The notes: generated from the sequence alone by a model not told the origin. A stretch of DNA of 64,000 nucleotides from Thauera sp. (GCA_034675825.1 JAUCCW010000002.1:3334205-3398204); one strand, 5' to 3'. Shown: positions 12,427 to 24,562, counted from the stretch's first letter. Numbers and translations are program-made.

Positions 12427-14902
12427 ATGACAAAGAGCTGGATCGGCCGCATCGCAATTGCCCTCGGCGTATTGGTTCTGCTGCTCGCAGCCGCGGCGGC
12501 TGTGCTGATCGTCACTTTCGATGCCAATCGTTACAAGACCGTGGCGATCGACTGGATGAAGACCGAGCATCAGCGCACGCTGGCCATCGACGGCCCGATC
12601 GAGCTGTCGTTCTTCCCGCGGCTGGCGGTGAAGGTTTCCGCCCTGCGACTCTCCGAAGCTGGGCGCGACGATGAGTTCGCCGCGGTCGAGGAGGCGGCCC
12701 TCGCCGTGCGCGTGATGCCTTTGCTGAGCAATAAGCTGGTGATCGACCGTGTCAGCGCGCGCGGCGTGCACGCGAGTTACGTGCGTGACGCCGAGGGCGT
12801 GCGCAACATCGACGACCTCGTGGCCGGTAAGGCCAAGGCCGGGGCGGATGCGGGCGAGGACGCGGGCGAGAGCGCTGGCACCATGCGCTTCGACGTCAGT
12901 GCGGTGCAGTTCGATGATCTGCGCCTGCGGGTGCGCGACGAGCTGGTCGATGTAGACGGCGAAGTCGTCTTGCTGTCGTTTTCGTCCGGCCGCCTCGCGA
13001 ACAAGGTGGAGTCGCCGGTGTCTCTGCGCGCGACGGCGCGACTGACGCGGCCGCAAGCGGTGGAACTCGCGCTCGACGGCAGCATGACGCTGGGGCTTGA
13101 CCTCGATGACGACGCTATCGCAATGAGCGCGCTCAAGCTCGGCGTCGAAGGCGCGGGCGCCGGTGTTCGACGCCGTGTCACTGGTGCTTGAAGGTGCGCT
13201 GGCCTGGGACGGCAGCACAGTGCGCGCCGGTCCGCTGCGGCTGGCCTTGAAGAGCGCCACCCTGGGTGAGGTCTCACTGGCACCGTCGAGCCTGACGCTA
13301 ACGCGTGCGCTGTTCGATCCGGGCGCCCGCCGGCTCGAACTGGAGACGCTTGAGCTCGCTGTGCTCGGTCGCCAGAGCAGCACGCCCTTCGAGCTCGCAC
13401 TCAACTGGCCGAAGCTCGCCGTCGACGCCACGCAGCTTGAGGGCAGCGGCTTGTCAGGACGCGTGAAACTGATTGGGTCGATCGCGCTCGAGGGCGGTTT
13501 CGAATCGGCCGCGCCGAGCGGAAGCTTCAACGCGCTGCGCCTGCCGGGCGTGGATCTGACGCTGGCGGGCAGCATCGGCGAGCGTAGCATCGACGGCAGC
13601 GTCAAGACCGACGTGGTGCTCAACGCAGGCGCTGGCGCGGTCAGCCTTGAGGGCCTGGAGCTGCGTGCTGTACTTGCAGGTCGCGACCCCAGCGCCGACC
13701 CCAGCGCCGACCAACAGCCGCTGCAACTGGCCGTGCACGGCAGCGCCGACGCCGACGCCGGGATGGTGCAATGGAAGCTGAACGGCGCGCTCGACACCAA
13801 TCACTTTGACACCAGCGGCCGGGCCGCCCTGGCCGGGGCCGTGCCCCACATCAAGGCCAGCGCCCGCTTCGACAGTCTCGACCTCAACCAACTGCTGGCG
13901 GCCGTCAGGCCGGCTGCGGTGGGCACGACGACGACCACTTCCGCCGCGACCGAGCCTGCCGATACGCCGGTGCAGCTCGATGGCCTTCAGGCGGTCAACG
14001 GTGAATTTGTGCTGGAGGCTGGCGCGCTGGTGTTTCGACAGTACACAGTGGCCGATGCCAGGCTTGTCGCCACGCTCGACAAGGGTGTGCTGCGCGTCTC
14101 TACACTCTCCGGCCGCGCGTGGGGCGGCAGTTTTGCCGGCAGCGGCAGCGCCGACGCCAACACCGGGGACGTCGCCGCCAAACTCGACGCCAGAGGCGTC
14201 AATGTGAATGCGCTGCTCAAGGACGTCGCCGACAAGGACCTGCTCGAAGGCACTGGTAACGTCGCCGCTGACCTCGCATCGAGTGGGGCCACTGTCGGTG
14301 CGCTGCGCTCCAGGCTGGGCGGCAGCGCTGCGCTGCAAGTGCGCGACGGTGCGATCAAGGGCATCAACCTGGCACGCGCGCTACGCCAGGCCAAGGCCGC
14401 GCTGTCGCGCAAGCAGGATGCGGTCGCTCGGGCACAGACAAGCGAGAAAACCGACTTCTCCGCGATGAGCGTCAGCGCGCGCATCGCCGACGGCGTGGCG
14501 CACAGCGACGATCTCGACATCAAGAGCCCCTTCCTGCGCATCGGTGGCGAAGGTCGATTCGACATCGGTCGTGGTCGCATCGACTACGAGGCGCGCGCCA
14601 CCGTGATCGCCTCGTCCGCCGGCCAGGGCGGAGCCGAGCTGGAGGCCTTACGCGGCGTGACCATCCCGGTGGCCTTGTCGGGACCGTTCGATGCCATCGA
14701 CTGGAAGATTCAGTGGTCGACCGTCGCCGCCGCGACGGTAAAGCAGAAGATCAAGGACGAGCTTAGCGAGAAGCTCGGCGAGAAATTCGGCACCAAGCTG
14801 GGCCTGCCGCCGGCGGATGGCGATCCGGCGGCGACCCCCCTCACGCCGCAGGACTTGCTCAAGGATAGGCTCAAGGACACGCTCAAGGGGCTGTTCCGCT
14901 GA
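12427..14902 (+). CDS. asmA: AsmA family protein, split by a +1 frameshift near 13155-13165
   Basis: N-terminal ORF 12427-13191 (FDANRYK, IDGPIELSFFP) and C-terminal ORF 13163-14902 (GAIKGINLA, EKTDFS, SPFLRIGGEG, IPVALSGP) overlap in adjacent frames. Confidence 0.85.
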
Positions 14903-14913
14903 GCGCATCGGCC

Positions 14914-14965
14914 CGGCTAAGAACGCGGGCGCGGGCAGGGTAGCCGGCGCCCGCGTTCTTAGCCG
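14914..14965. terminator. 19-bp perfect inverted repeat between convergent asmA and dctR
   Basis: CGGCTAAGAACGCGGGCGC (14914-14932) / GCGCCCGCGTTCTTAGCCG (14947-14965). Confidence 0.7.
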
Positions 14966-15564
14966 CGCAGGACAGTCAGCATCTGCGCCAGCTCCACTGC
15001 GGAGCGCACGGCCATCTTGTCGAAAATGCGCGAGCGGTGGGCTTCCACGGTGCGCATCGAGATCGAGAGCTGGTCGGCAATGACCTTGTTGTATTTGCCC
15101 TCCAGGATCAAGTCCATGACCTCGCGCTCACGCTGGGTAAGCGTGGCCAGGTGCGCCTCGATGCTGTCGCGGCTGGCTGCCGCGCGTTGGCGTTCGGCGT
15201 CCAGGGCGAGCGCTTTTTCAACCAGATCTTCAAGGTCGTGATCGGTGAAGGGCTTTTCGATGAAGTGGAAAGCGCCTTTTTTCAGCGCCGCCACTGCCAT
15301 CGGCACGTCGCCATGACCGGTGATGAAAATCACCGGCAACTCGCAGCCGCGCGCGAGCAGGGCATCGAAGCACTCCAGCCCACTCATCCCGTGCATGCGG
15401 ATGTCGAGCACGATGCAGCCGCGCCAGCTCGGCTGCCAGGCCTCGAGAAAGGCTTCACCGCTGTCCCAGGTGCGGCAGGCGACGGCGCGTGTCTTGAACA
15501 GCCACTGCAGCGCGTCGCGAATGGCTTCGTCGTCGTCGATGATGTGGGCGCAGGCTTGATTCAT
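14959..15564 (-). CDS. dctR: FixJ/LuxR-family response regulator (DctR-like)
   Basis: IIDDD, LDIRM, TGHGDVPMAV, FIEKP, LTQRERE...TVEAHRSRI; coupled to sensor gene. Confidence 0.85.
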   Translation of the reverse strand: MNQACAHIIDDDEAIRDALQWLFKTRAVACRTWDSGEAFLEAWQPSWRGCIVLDIRMHGMSGLECFDALLARGCELPVIFITGHGDVPMAVAALKKGAFHFIEKPFTDHDLEDLVEKALALDAERQRAAASRDSIEAHLATLTQREREVMDLILEGKYNKVIADQLSISMRTVEAHRSRIFDKMAVRSAVELAQMLTVLRG

Positions 15565-17585
15565 GCAGGTTCCACCGGGAGAGAAAGGGTGAAGAGGGTG
15601 CCGCCCTCGGGATCGGCGGCGAAAGTCAGGCGGCCATGATGCAGTTCGGCGATCGAGCGGCAGATGTTGAGTCCCATGCCCATGCCTTCGGACTTGGTGG
15701 TGAAGAAGGGCTCGAACAGGCGGATCGCCGTTTCGGGGGGAATTCCGCTCCCGCGATCGGAGATACGTACCTGCACATTACGCCCTTCGAGAAGGGTGCG
15801 GATGCGCACCTGGCGGCGTGAAACGGGCGTGTCTCGCATCGCATCCATGCCATTGCGGACCAGGTTGACGATGATCTGCTCGATCATCACCGCGTCTGCC
15901 TGCACCGTCGGTAACGCAGGTGCAAGCTCGCTGATGATGCGCATCTGGCGCTTGCGGGCGTCGGCATCGATGAGGCCGACCGCGTCGCGGATGACGGCGT
16001 TGAGGTCCAGGGGCGTGCGCTGTGGCTCGGCGCGGCGGACGAAGTCGTGCACGCGGCGGATGATCTCGCCCGCACGATGGGCCTGGCGTGCGATGCGGTG
16101 CTGGATGTCGAGGATCTCGGCGCGGTCGAAGCCATCGCCTCCGAGGCGGTTGATGCAGCCATTGCTGTAACTGGCGATCGCCGCGAGGGGCTGGTTGAGT
16201 TCGTGCGCCAGTGTCGAGGCCATTTCGCCCATCGTCACCAGGCGTGAGGTGGCCTGCAGGCGCTCGTCTTGCTGGCGGGCGAGCTCGCGTGCGTGCTTTT
16301 GTTCGGTGACGTCCAGCACCGAGCCCATCCAGCCCGTATGGCGCCCGCGCGCATCGATCAGTGGCGCCTCGAACACCAGCACGTCAAGCTCCTCGCCGCT
16401 TTTGCGCCGCAAGCGCACTTCAGTGCCCTCGTTGGGCGTGCCACCCGACATGATTTCCTTGTGCAGTTCGAAGGTGCGCTCGATGCGCTCCGGGTCCCAG
16501 TAAGGCATCGGCGGCTTGAGGCCGATGAGTTCTTCGGCGCTGTAGCCGGTCATGCTGCAGAACGCGGAGTTCACATAAGTGAGGCGGCCGTCGAGATCGC
16601 GCGCGCGCATGCCGGTGAGCAGCGAATCTTCCATCGCCTTGCGAAACGCCGACTCTTCCAGCAGCGCGGCTTCCGCACGCTGGCGGCGTGCGAGCTGACG
16701 ACGCAGTTGCATCACGCTCCAGACAATGATGCCGGCCAGCAGCACGATCGATGCGATGAGCAGCACCGGAATCCAACGCGTCTCGGTGCGGTAGGCGGTG
16801 ATGTCGAGGGTCAGGCCGTGACCCGGGGGGTCGAAGGGCATGCGATAGCTGAGTTGCGGCGCAATGGGGGCGACCTTCGACTTGGCGGTGATCTCGCGGC
16901 CGTCGTTGTCGAGCACGGCAACACGGTAGCGCTCGGAGAACCACCACGGCAGCTCACGGGTAACGAGATCGGAGAGCGAATAGACGCCGACCACGACGCC
17001 CAGCAAGGCGTCGTCGGACCATACCGGAATGTAGATCGGGAAGTGCTGGTGGCCCAGTATCGGGTATGTGCTGCCGTAGGCCGGTCGTCCCACGCTGCGT
17101 GCGAGCGCAAAGGCGGTGTCGGCCGCCAGCCGTGTGCTGTCGTCGGCCTGGCCGTCGCCCGGCGGCGGCATCGTGCCCACCAGACTGCCGTCGGTGCTCA
17201 TCCACAGGATGCGGACCAGCCCCCGTTCCTGACTGAGCAAGTGGCGTAACTGAGCTTCTGCCGGGGCTGTGAGCTTGCCGCCGTAAAGGGCGGGGCCGAG
17301 CTGCTGCAACTGCACCTCGTTGCGGTCGAGATGGAAGCGCAGGTTCTGCTCCATCCACAACACGTCGCTGATCAGTGTGGTTTTTTGCTCGTCGCTGTCG
17401 TATGCGCGCGTCAGCCAGACCAAGGCGGCGATTGCAGCGAGAAACAATGCGAGGCTGAGCAAGGGCAAGCGGCCGATCCATCGACTGCGTACCGAAGGCG
17501 GTGAGCCGCGGCCAGGGTCGGAAACCGGGTCTGCTGCAGAGGCTGCGATGGGCGTTGCGGGTTCCACGTATGCGGTATTCCACAA
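15561..17585 (-). CDS. dctS: PAS-domain sensor histidine kinase (DctS-like)
   Basis: Two TM segments, PAS, GEMASTLAHELNQPL H-box, NLVRNGMDAM, DRGSG, FFTTKSEGMGMGL; divergent from dctPQM. Confidence 0.85.
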   Translation of the reverse strand: MWNTAYVEPATPIAASAADPVSDPGRGSPPSVRSRWIGRLPLLSLALFLAAIAALVWLTRAYDSDEQKTTLISDVLWMEQNLRFHLDRNEVQLQQLGPALYGGKLTAPAEAQLRHLLSQERGLVRILWMSTDGSLVGTMPPPGDGQADDSTRLAADTAFALARSVGRPAYGSTYPILGHQHFPIYIPVWSDDALLGVVVGVYSLSDLVTRELPWWFSERYRVAVLDNDGREITAKSKVAPIAPQLSYRMPFDPPGHGLTLDITAYRTETRWIPVLLIASIVLLAGIIVWSVMQLRRQLARRQRAEAALLEESAFRKAMEDSLLTGMRARDLDGRLTYVNSAFCSMTGYSAEELIGLKPPMPYWDPERIERTFELHKEIMSGGTPNEGTEVRLRRKSGEELDVLVFEAPLIDARGRHTGWMGSVLDVTEQKHARELARQQDERLQATSRLVTMGEMASTLAHELNQPLAAIASYSNGCINRLGGDGFDRAEILDIQHRIARQAHRAGEIIRRVHDFVRRAEPQRTPLDLNAVIRDAVGLIDADARKRQMRIISELAPALPTVQADAVMIEQIIVNLVRNGMDAMRDTPVSRRQVRIRTLLEGRNVQVRISDRGSGIPPETAIRLFEPFFTTKSEGMGMGLNICRSIAELHHGRLTFAADPEGGTLFTLSLPVEPA

Positions 17586-17732
17586 TGGCGACGTCTGGAC
17601 GTCAGAAAGGATACTGATGACCTACACGATTCGTTTTATGTGTGTGCTGTGCCCGTCGCGGTGACTGATGTGCCGTGACGGAGTCAATCCAAGCGTCCGC
17701 AGGGACGCGACTCATTAGGGGGAGAAGGACTT

Positions 17733-18737
17733 ATGAAGATTCGTGCACTTCTGGTTGGACTGGTAGCTGTTGGCCTGTCCGCAACGGCGATCGCAGCAGA
17801 TCCGATCGTGATCAAGTTCAGCCACGTCGTGGCCCAGGACACGCCCAAGGGCAAGGCCGCCGAAAAGTTCAGGGAGCTGGCCGAGCAATATACCAAGGGT
17901 GCGGTCAAGGTCGAAGTCTACCCGAACAGCACCTTGTACAAGGACAAGGAAGAGATGGAAGCGCTGCAGTTGGGCGCCGTGCAGATGCTTGCGCCCTCGC
18001 TGGCCAAGTTCGGCCCGCTCGGTGTGCGCGAGTTCGAAGTGTTCGACCTGCCCTATATCTTTGATGGCTACGATGCGCTGAACAAGGTAACCGCCGGCCC
18101 CGTTGGTGCCCAGTTGCTCGGTAAGCTCGAGGCCAAGGGTATTCGTGGCCTCGCCTACTGGGACAACGGCTTCAAGTCCTTCTCCGCCAACAGCCCGATC
18201 CTCATGCCTGAAGACCTGCGTGGCAAGAAGATGCGCATCCAGTCGTCCAAGGTGCTCGAAGAGCAGATGCGCGAGCTCAAGTCGCTGCCCCAGGTGATGG
18301 CTTTCTCCGAGGTCTATCAGGCGCTGCAGACGGGCGTGGTGGACGGCACCGAGAACCCGCACTCCAACCTCTATACGCAGAAGATGCACGAAGTGCAGAA
18401 GCACATGACGCTCACCGATCATGGCTACCTGGGCTACGGCGTCATCACCAACAAGAAGTTTTGGGACGGGCTGCCGGCTGAGTTGCGGACCGAACTCGAG
18501 AAGGCGATGAAGGAGTTGACTGTCTACGCCAACCAGATCGCCAAGGAAGAGAACGAAAAGGCACTGGAGGCGGTGCGGGCCTCGGGCAAGACCGAGATCC
18601 ACACGCAGACCGCCGCAGAAAGGGCCGCGTTCAAGAAGGCCTTGCTCCCGGTGCACAAGAAGATGGAGTCGCGCATCGGCGCCGAGCTGATTCAGTCCAT
18701 CTACAAGGAAACCGGCTTCGATCCGGCTGCGTTGTAA
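17733..18737 (+). CDS. dctP: TRAP C4-dicarboxylate-binding protein
   Basis: Signal peptide; IKFSHVVA, TPKGKAA, WDNGFK, KKMRIQSS, DGTENP. Confidence 0.93.
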   Translation: MKIRALLVGLVAVGLSATAIAADPIVIKFSHVVAQDTPKGKAAEKFRELAEQYTKGAVKVEVYPNSTLYKDKEEMEALQLGAVQMLAPSLAKFGPLGVREFEVFDLPYIFDGYDALNKVTAGPVGAQLLGKLEAKGIRGLAYWDNGFKSFSANSPILMPEDLRGKKMRIQSSKVLEEQMRELKSLPQVMAFSEVYQALQTGVVDGTENPHSNLYTQKMHEVQKHMTLTDHGYLGYGVITNKKFWDGLPAELRTELEKAMKELTVYANQIAKEENEKALEAVRASGKTEIHTQTAAERAAFKKALLPVHKKMESRIGAELIQSIYKETGFDPAAL

Positions 18738-18757
18738 TCCAATTAGTCTTCATGCCC

Positions 18758-18798
18758 AAAACGCCCGTCTGGCTCAAACGAACCGACGGGCGTTTTTT
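18758..18798 (+). terminator. hairpin/terminator between dctP and dctQ
   Basis: AAAACGCCCGTC...GACGGGCGTTTTTT. Confidence 0.7.
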
Positions 18799-18813
18799 CG
18801 GGGGAAAACACAT

Positions 18814-19527
18814 ATGAACAAGCTTCTCGACCGCATCGAGGAGATCATCATCGCCGGCCTGATGGCGGTGGCGACAGTGGTGATCTTCATCTCGGTGGTG
18901 CATCGATACGCATCCGGCTACGAGATTCCAGTGCTGCAAGACTGGCTGCTCGACATGAACTTTGGCTGGGCGCAGGAATTCTGCATCATTCTTTTTGTGT
19001 GGATGGCCAAGTTTGGCGCTGCCTATGGCGTGCGCACCGGCATCCACGTTGGCGTTGACATCCTCATCAATAAGCTCACCGACACGCCGCGCGCGATGCT
19101 GATCCAGGTCGGGCTGGTGTGCGGCGTTGTATTTACCGGTCTCATCGGCATTTTCGGTGCGCTGTTCGTGTGGAAGAACGGCATGGCCTACGACACGCTG
19201 TCGCTGTTTGGCCTGGATACCGGTGAACACTTCGAAGGCCCGACCACGCCCGACCTCGAGTGGTTGACCTGGGTGGTCTATCTGGCGGTTCCGCTCGGTT
19301 CATTCCTGATGTGCTACCGCTTCGTGCAAGTGATGGTGACTTTCGCCCGCAGCGGCGAGCTCCCCGTGCACAACCATGGTCACGTCGAAGGGCTCGATGA
19401 CGAGGCCGACCCGCTGTTGGTGGGCGAGGCGATCGAGCTTGGGGAGGACATCGAACACAGCCACGCTGGCCAGAGCGACGCGGACTGGGCGAAGACCCAT
19501 CCCAAGCGCCCCGGCGCGAAGAACTGA
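18814..19527 (+). CDS. dctQ: TRAP transporter small permease
   Basis: WAQEFCIILFVWMAKFGAAYGVRTGIHVGVD. Confidence 0.92.
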   Translation: MNKLLDRIEEIIIAGLMAVATVVIFISVVHRYASGYEIPVLQDWLLDMNFGWAQEFCIILFVWMAKFGAAYGVRTGIHVGVDILINKLTDTPRAMLIQVGLVCGVVFTGLIGIFGALFVWKNGMAYDTLSLFGLDTGEHFEGPTTPDLEWLTWVVYLAVPLGSFLMCYRFVQVMVTFARSGELPVHNHGHVEGLDDEADPLLVGEAIELGEDIEHSHAGQSDADWAKTHPKRPGAKN

Positions 19528-19541
19528 CAGGGGCGACGACA

Positions 19542-20828
19542 ATGACCAACACAATTGCAATTTTCGGCCTGCTCGTCGTCCTGATGGCGATCGGCATGCC
19601 GGTGGGCGTGGCGCTCGGCCTCACGGTGCTGAGCTTCATGTTCATCTTCACCGACGTGCCGCTCGAATCCGTGGCACTCAAGATGTTCACCGGCATCGAG
19701 AAGTTCGAGATCATGGCGATCCCCTTCTTCATCCTTGCTGGCAACTTCCTCACCCACGGTGGCGTGGCACGGCGCATGATCAATTTCGCCACGGCCATGG
19801 TCGGCCACCTGCGTGGCGGCCTGGGCATGTCGGCGGTGCTGGCCTGCGCCCTGTTTGCTGCGGTGTCGGGTTCGAGCCCGGCGACGGTGGTGGCGATCGG
19901 CTCGATCCTGATCCCGGCGATGGTGAAGCAGGGCTATCCGCTGCGCTTTGGCGCGGGCGTGGTCGCCTCGGCCGGTGGCCTGGGTATCCTGATTCCGCCC
20001 TCGATCGTCATGGTGATGTACTCGGTGACGACCAATACCTCGGTCGGCGCGCTGTTCATGGCGGGGGTGTTCCCTGGCCTGTTGCTGGCCTTCATGCTGG
20101 GGCTGTGCACCTGGTATGTGGCACGCAAGAACAACTACCCGACTCTGGAGCGTGTCAGCTGGGGCGAGCGCTTCAAGTCCTTTCGCACCGCGTTCTGGGG
20201 CCTGATGCTGATCGTGGTGGTGATGGGCGGCATCTACTCGGGCATGTTCACCCCGACCGAGGCGGCAGCGATGAGTGCGGTCTACGCCTTCTTCATCGCG
20301 GTGTTCGTGTATAAGGATCTCACCTTCAAGCAGATCCCGAAGGTCTTGCTCGACTCGGCGAACATGAGCGCGATGCTGCTGTTCATCATTGCCAGCGCGG
20401 TGCTGTTCTCCTTCATCCTCACCAGTGAGCAGATCCCGCAGCGTATGGCCGACGCCATCGTCGCCAGCGGCATGGGCATGATCGGCTTTCTGATCGTGGT
20501 GAACCTGCTGCTGCTGGTGGCCGGCGCGCTGATGGAACCGTCGTCGATCATCCTCATCCTGGCGCCCATCCTGTTCCCGGTGGCTGTGGCGCTCGGAATC
20601 GATCCGATCCACTTTGGCGTGATGATCGTGGTGAACATGGAGATTGGCATGATCACACCGCCGGTCGGGCTCAACCTGTTTGTCGCCAGCGGCATCACCA
20701 ATTCCGGCCTGACCGAGATGAGCAAGGCGGTCATGCCCTGGCTGTATACAATGCTGGTGTTCCTGATGCTTATCACCTACATCCCGAGCATCTCCACCTT
20801 CCTGCCCAGGGCGCTGGGCATGATGTAA
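19542..20828 (+). CDS. dctM: TRAP transporter large permease
   Basis: AIPFFILAG, SGSSPATV, ILIPPSI, TPTEAAA, ITPPVGLNLF. Confidence 0.95.
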   Translation: MTNTIAIFGLLVVLMAIGMPVGVALGLTVLSFMFIFTDVPLESVALKMFTGIEKFEIMAIPFFILAGNFLTHGGVARRMINFATAMVGHLRGGLGMSAVLACALFAAVSGSSPATVVAIGSILIPAMVKQGYPLRFGAGVVASAGGLGILIPPSIVMVMYSVTTNTSVGALFMAGVFPGLLLAFMLGLCTWYVARKNNYPTLERVSWGERFKSFRTAFWGLMLIVVVMGGIYSGMFTPTEAAAMSAVYAFFIAVFVYKDLTFKQIPKVLLDSANMSAMLLFIIASAVLFSFILTSEQIPQRMADAIVASGMGMIGFLIVVNLLLLVAGALMEPSSIILILAPILFPVAVALGIDPIHFGVMIVVNMEIGMITPPVGLNLFVASGITNSGLTEMSKAVMPWLYTMLVFLMLITYIPSISTFLPRALGMM

Positions 20829-20874
20829 GCGCCCACCGCCCGGCATCGCGCTGGGCTGCATGGTGAGGTCGATC

Positions 20875-20918
20875 CGATCCCCGCATGGCGATGGCGCCGG
20901 GCGGGGATCGCTTTTTTT
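20875..20918 (+). terminator. intrinsic terminator after dctM
   Basis: CGATCCCCGC...GCGGGGATCG followed by CTTTTTTT. Confidence 0.75.
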
Positions 20919-21019
20919 GCTGACCCGGCTTGCATCCCGGTGGCGGACGAACCCGTCGGTGACAGCCGAAACCTGTTAAAATCTCACGCTTTTTTCCAAA
21001 CACAGTCCCGGAGTTTTTC

Positions 21020-21445
21020 ATGGCAATTGAACGCACCCTGTCCATCATCAAGCCCGACGCCGTCGCCAAGAACGTCATCGGCCAGATCTATTCGCGCTTT
21101 GAATCTGCCGGCCTGAAAGTCATCGCCGCCCGTATGGTGCACCTGTCCGAACTGCAAGCCGGCCAGTTCTACGCCGTGCACAAGGAGCGCCCTTTCTTCA
21201 AGGATCTGGTGTCCTTCATGATTTCCGGCCCAGTGATGATCCAGGCTCTCGAAGGTGAGAACGCCATCGCCAGGAATCGCGAGCTGATGGGCGCCACTGA
21301 CCCGAAAAAGGCCGACAAGGGCACGATCCGCGCCGACTTCGCCGACAGCATCGACGCCAATGCGGTGCACGGCTCCGACGCCGCGGAAACCGCTGCGGTG
21401 GAAATTGCATTCTTCTTCCCGGGAATGAACGTTCATTCGCGCTGA
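21020..21445 (+). CDS. ndk: nucleoside diphosphate kinase
   Basis: [17 protein letters not shown]. Confidence 0.98.
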   Translation: MAIERTLSIIKPDAVAKNVIGQIYSRFESAGLKVIAARMVHLSELQAGQFYAVHKERPFFKDLVSFMISGPVMIQALEGENAIARNRELMGATDPKKADKGTIRADFADSIDANAVHGSDAAETAAVEIAFFFPGMNVHSR

Positions 21446-21589
21446 GTGGTCTGTCTCCGTGGCCCGCTTTACGCCGCGCGCAGTTTCTGAGCACTGCGCA
21501 CGGCGGGCGCGGGGCGCTTGCATCAGGAGAAAGTCGTTAGTGAAAAAGCCGTTTGCAGGCTTTTTCTTTTCAGGATTGAAGTTTCAGGC

Positions 21590-22762
21590 ATGAGCACTCC
21601 CCCCGCAGCTCCGGTCAATTTGCTCGATTTCGATGTCGATGGTCTCGTCGCCTGGTTTGCCGGGCTGGGCGAGAAGCCGTTTCGCGCACGCCAGGTGATG
21701 CGCTGGATGCATCGCGAAGGCTGCGACGACTTCGATGCGATGACCGACGTTGCCAAGTCCCTGCGCGCGAAACTCAAGGAGCGCGCAGTGATTCGCCCGC
21801 CACTGGCCGTGCGCGACTCGATTTCGACCGATGGCACGCGCAAATGGCTGCTCGATGTGGGCAATGCCAACGCGGTCGAAACCGTGTTCATCCCTGAGAC
21901 TCGGCGCGGTACCTTGTGTGTGTCCTCGCAGGCGGGCTGCGCGCTCGACTGCGCATTTTGCTCGACCGGCAAGCAGGGCTTCAATCGCAACCTGTCCGCA
22001 GGCGAGATCATTGGCCAGTTGTGGCTGGCGAACAAGCTCCTCGGTGCCGCGCGCATCGATGCGCTCAAGCATGGCGACAGTGACGAGACGTCGACCGATC
22101 TCGACGCAGAAGAGCCCGATAACGGACGCATCATCAGCAATGTGGTGATGATGGGCATGGGCGAGCCGCTGGCGAATTTCGACAACGTCGTCACCGCCTT
22201 GCACCTGATGCTGGACGACCACGCCTACGGGCTGTCGCGGCGGCGGGTGACGGTGTCGACCTCCGGCATCGTGCCAGCGATGGATCGTCTGCGCGACGAA
22301 TGCCCGGTCGCGCTCGCCGTGTCGCTGCATGCTTCCAACGATGCCTTGCGCGATCAGCTCGTGCCGATCAACCAGAAGTACCCCTTGCGCGAGCTCATGC
22401 GAGCTTGCCAGCGCTATCTCGAACGCGCGCCGCGCGATTTCGTCACCTTCGAATACGTCATGCTCGACGGCGTCAACGATGGCGAGGCTCATGCGCGCGA
22501 ACTTGTCGCCCTGGTGCGCGACACACCGTGCAAGTTCAACCTCATTCCGTTCAACCCTTTTCCGAACTCGGGTTTTGTGCGCTCGCCGGCGGAACGCATC
22601 CGCCGCTTTGCCAGTATCCTGATTGACGCCGGCATCGTGACCACCACGCGCAAGACGCGTGGCGACGATGTCGATGCGGCCTGTGGTCAGCTTGCGGGTC
22701 AGGTCCAGGACAAGACCCGGCGTACGGTGCGCCTGCACCAGCTAAGGGAGGAGCGTTCATGA
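21590..22762 (+). CDS. rlmN: 23S rRNA/tRNA m2A methyltransferase RlmN
   Basis: [15 protein letters not shown] radical SAM motif, MGMGEP, DAACGQL. Confidence 0.97.
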   Translation: MSTPPAAPVNLLDFDVDGLVAWFAGLGEKPFRARQVMRWMHREGCDDFDAMTDVAKSLRAKLKERAVIRPPLAVRDSISTDGTRKWLLDVGNANAVETVFIPETRRGTLCVSSQAGCALDCAFCSTGKQGFNRNLSAGEIIGQLWLANKLLGAARIDALKHGDSDETSTDLDAEEPDNGRIISNVVMMGMGEPLANFDNVVTALHLMLDDHAYGLSRRRVTVSTSGIVPAMDRLRDECPVALAVSLHASNDALRDQLVPINQKYPLRELMRACQRYLERAPRDFVTFEYVMLDGVNDGEAHARELVALVRDTPCKFNLIPFNPFPNSGFVRSPAERIRRFASILIDAGIVTTTRKTRGDDVDAACGQLAGQVQDKTRRTVRLHQLREERS

Positions 22763-23565
22763 AACATCACGTCGCACGGATCAGCTTGCTGCTTGCGGTC
22801 TTGATTGTCAGCGGCTGCGCCACGCTGCCGGGAGCCACCGACGTCGGGGGTTCCGCGGTCAGCCGCCCGCTGTCGGACGTATCACCGTCGACGCCCACCG
22901 AAATGCGTGCCCGGGTGCACGTCGATCTGGGCATGGCCTACTTCGAGATCGGACGCTACGACGTGGCGCTCGACGAAGCCCGCATCGCGCTCAATGACAG
23001 TCCGGATTACGCGCCCGCTTATCACCTGCTGGGGCTGGCCTATATGCTCATCGACGAGCACGCGCCGGCACGGCAGAGCTTTGAACAGGCCTTGCGCTAC
23101 GCGCCGGGTGATCCTGAACTCAATAATAGCTATGGCTGGTTTCTATGCACCCAGGGCGAGGAGTTGCGCGGTCTGGAGCGTCTGGCGCAGTCGGCGCGCA
23201 ACCCCTACTACCGCCATGCCACCCGACCGTACACCAATGCCGGCTTGTGTCATTTGCGCCTCAAGGATGATGCCGCGGCCGAGGCCCAGTTCCTCGCAGC
23301 CGTGCAGGCTGACCCGTCGAATCGCCAGGCGCTTTATCAACTTGCCGACATCGCCTATCGCGGCGGACGTTACGAACAGGCGCGCAGCCATCTGATCCGT
23401 CTGCATCAACAAAGCGAGCCCAGCGCTGCCTCTGTCTGGCTCGGCCTGCGTACCGAGCGTCACCTTGGAAACCGCGATGCCGAGGCCAGCTACGCTGCGC
23501 AGCTTGGCAGTCGCTTCGGCAGCGCGGAGGAATACAAGATGATGATGCAAGGGAAGTACGAGTGA
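22759..23565 (+). CDS. pilW: type IV pilus biogenesis/stability lipoprotein PilW (PilF)
   Basis: Lipobox VSGC, TPR repeats, NSYGWFLC; conserved position after rlmN. Confidence 0.9.
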   Translation: MKHHVARISLLLAVLIVSGCATLPGATDVGGSAVSRPLSDVSPSTPTEMRARVHVDLGMAYFEIGRYDVALDEARIALNDSPDYAPAYHLLGLAYMLIDEHAPARQSFEQALRYAPGDPELNNSYGWFLCTQGEELRGLERLAQSARNPYYRHATRPYTNAGLCHLRLKDDAAAEAQFLAAVQADPSNRQALYQLADIAYRGGRYEQARSHLIRLHQQSEPSAASVWLGLRTERHLGNRDAEASYAAQLGSRFGSAEEYKMMMQGKYE

Positions 23566-24554
23566 GCCGTGATCAATCTCCTGAGCTTGCAGTGTCGATG
23601 ATTGACCCTGCCTTGCCCTCGCCTGGTGCCCAGTTGCGCGAGGCCCGTGAGCTGCGTGGCGAGTCGGTGGGGGAAGTGGCGTTTGCGCTGAAGCTGAGTC
23701 CTCGTCAGGTCGTGGCGCTGGAGTCGGACGATTTTGCCGTTTTGCCCGGCATGCCCTTCGTGCGGGGGTTTTTGCGTAACTACGCACGTTATCTCGCACT
23801 TGATCCGGCGCCTTTGCTCGAAGGTGTGCAGCACCTTGCCGGCGAGACCGCCGTCGATCTGTCGCCGATCAAGAATGCGGAAGGGGAGTTGCCTTCGGGC
23901 AGAGGGCAGCGTCTGGGGCCAGCGCCGGTAGGCTGGATCGTATTGCTGCTCTCGCTTCTGGTTTTGGCGGGTTGGTACTTTGACTGGTTCCGCACCGAGC
24001 CCCAGCGCATCGAAAGCACGCTTGATACGCCGCTCATGGACAGTGAGCCCGTTGAGCCGACCGTTGCCGTGCCGATGCCGGGCGCAGAGCTCGCCTCCGA
24101 CGACGATACGGCACAGTCGCTTGTAGTCGAGGATGCGGCGGTGGCTGGCGCCAGCGCAGCCGGTGCCGCGACCTCGGCAGCGATGGAGCCTCTGCCACAG
24201 GACGCGCAGTTGCCGGTTGCGAGTGAAGCACCCACACCCATGGTTGAGGCGACGACGGCCGTCAATGATTCGCCCGTAGCGGCCGCCGCCGAAGAAGTAC
24301 GCAAGCCCGCTGGCGCCGACCGCCAACTCGCCTTTCGCTTTGGCGCAGAGTCCTGGGTGGAGGTTCGTGACGCCAGCGGCTCGGTTGTCTACGCAGGCGT
24401 CAATCGCGCGGGCTCGACACGCATGGTTCAGGGCCGGCCACCGTTTGCGCTTGTGATCGGAAACGCGGCAAACGTGAGCCTCGAATTCGAGGGCAAGCCG
24501 GTGGAGCTGGCTGCCCATACCAAGGTCTCGGTGGCACGCCTCACCGTCCAGTAA
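23562..24554 (+). CDS. rodZ: RodZ-like HTH/DUF4115 membrane protein
   Basis: [23 protein letters not shown], central TM segment, SWVEVRD..GNA C-terminal domain. Confidence 0.88.
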   Translation: MSRDQSPELAVSMIDPALPSPGAQLREARELRGESVGEVAFALKLSPRQVVALESDDFAVLPGMPFVRGFLRNYARYLALDPAPLLEGVQHLAGETAVDLSPIKNAEGELPSGRGQRLGPAPVGWIVLLLSLLVLAGWYFDWFRTEPQRIESTLDTPLMDSEPVEPTVAVPMPGAELASDDDTAQSLVVEDAAVAGASAAGAATSAAMEPLPQDAQLPVASEAPTPMVEATTAVNDSPVAAAAEEVRKPAGADRQLAFRFGAESWVEVRDASGSVVYAGVNRAGSTRMVQGRPPFALVIGNAANVSLEFEGKPVELAAHTKVSVARLTVQ

Positions 24555-24562
24555 CGATATTG

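Noticed and set aside
13685-13712. 12-bp tandem duplication (DPSADPSAD) in asmA
   Set aside because: It is an in-frame two-copy repeat in a linker-like region, which is ordinary variation.
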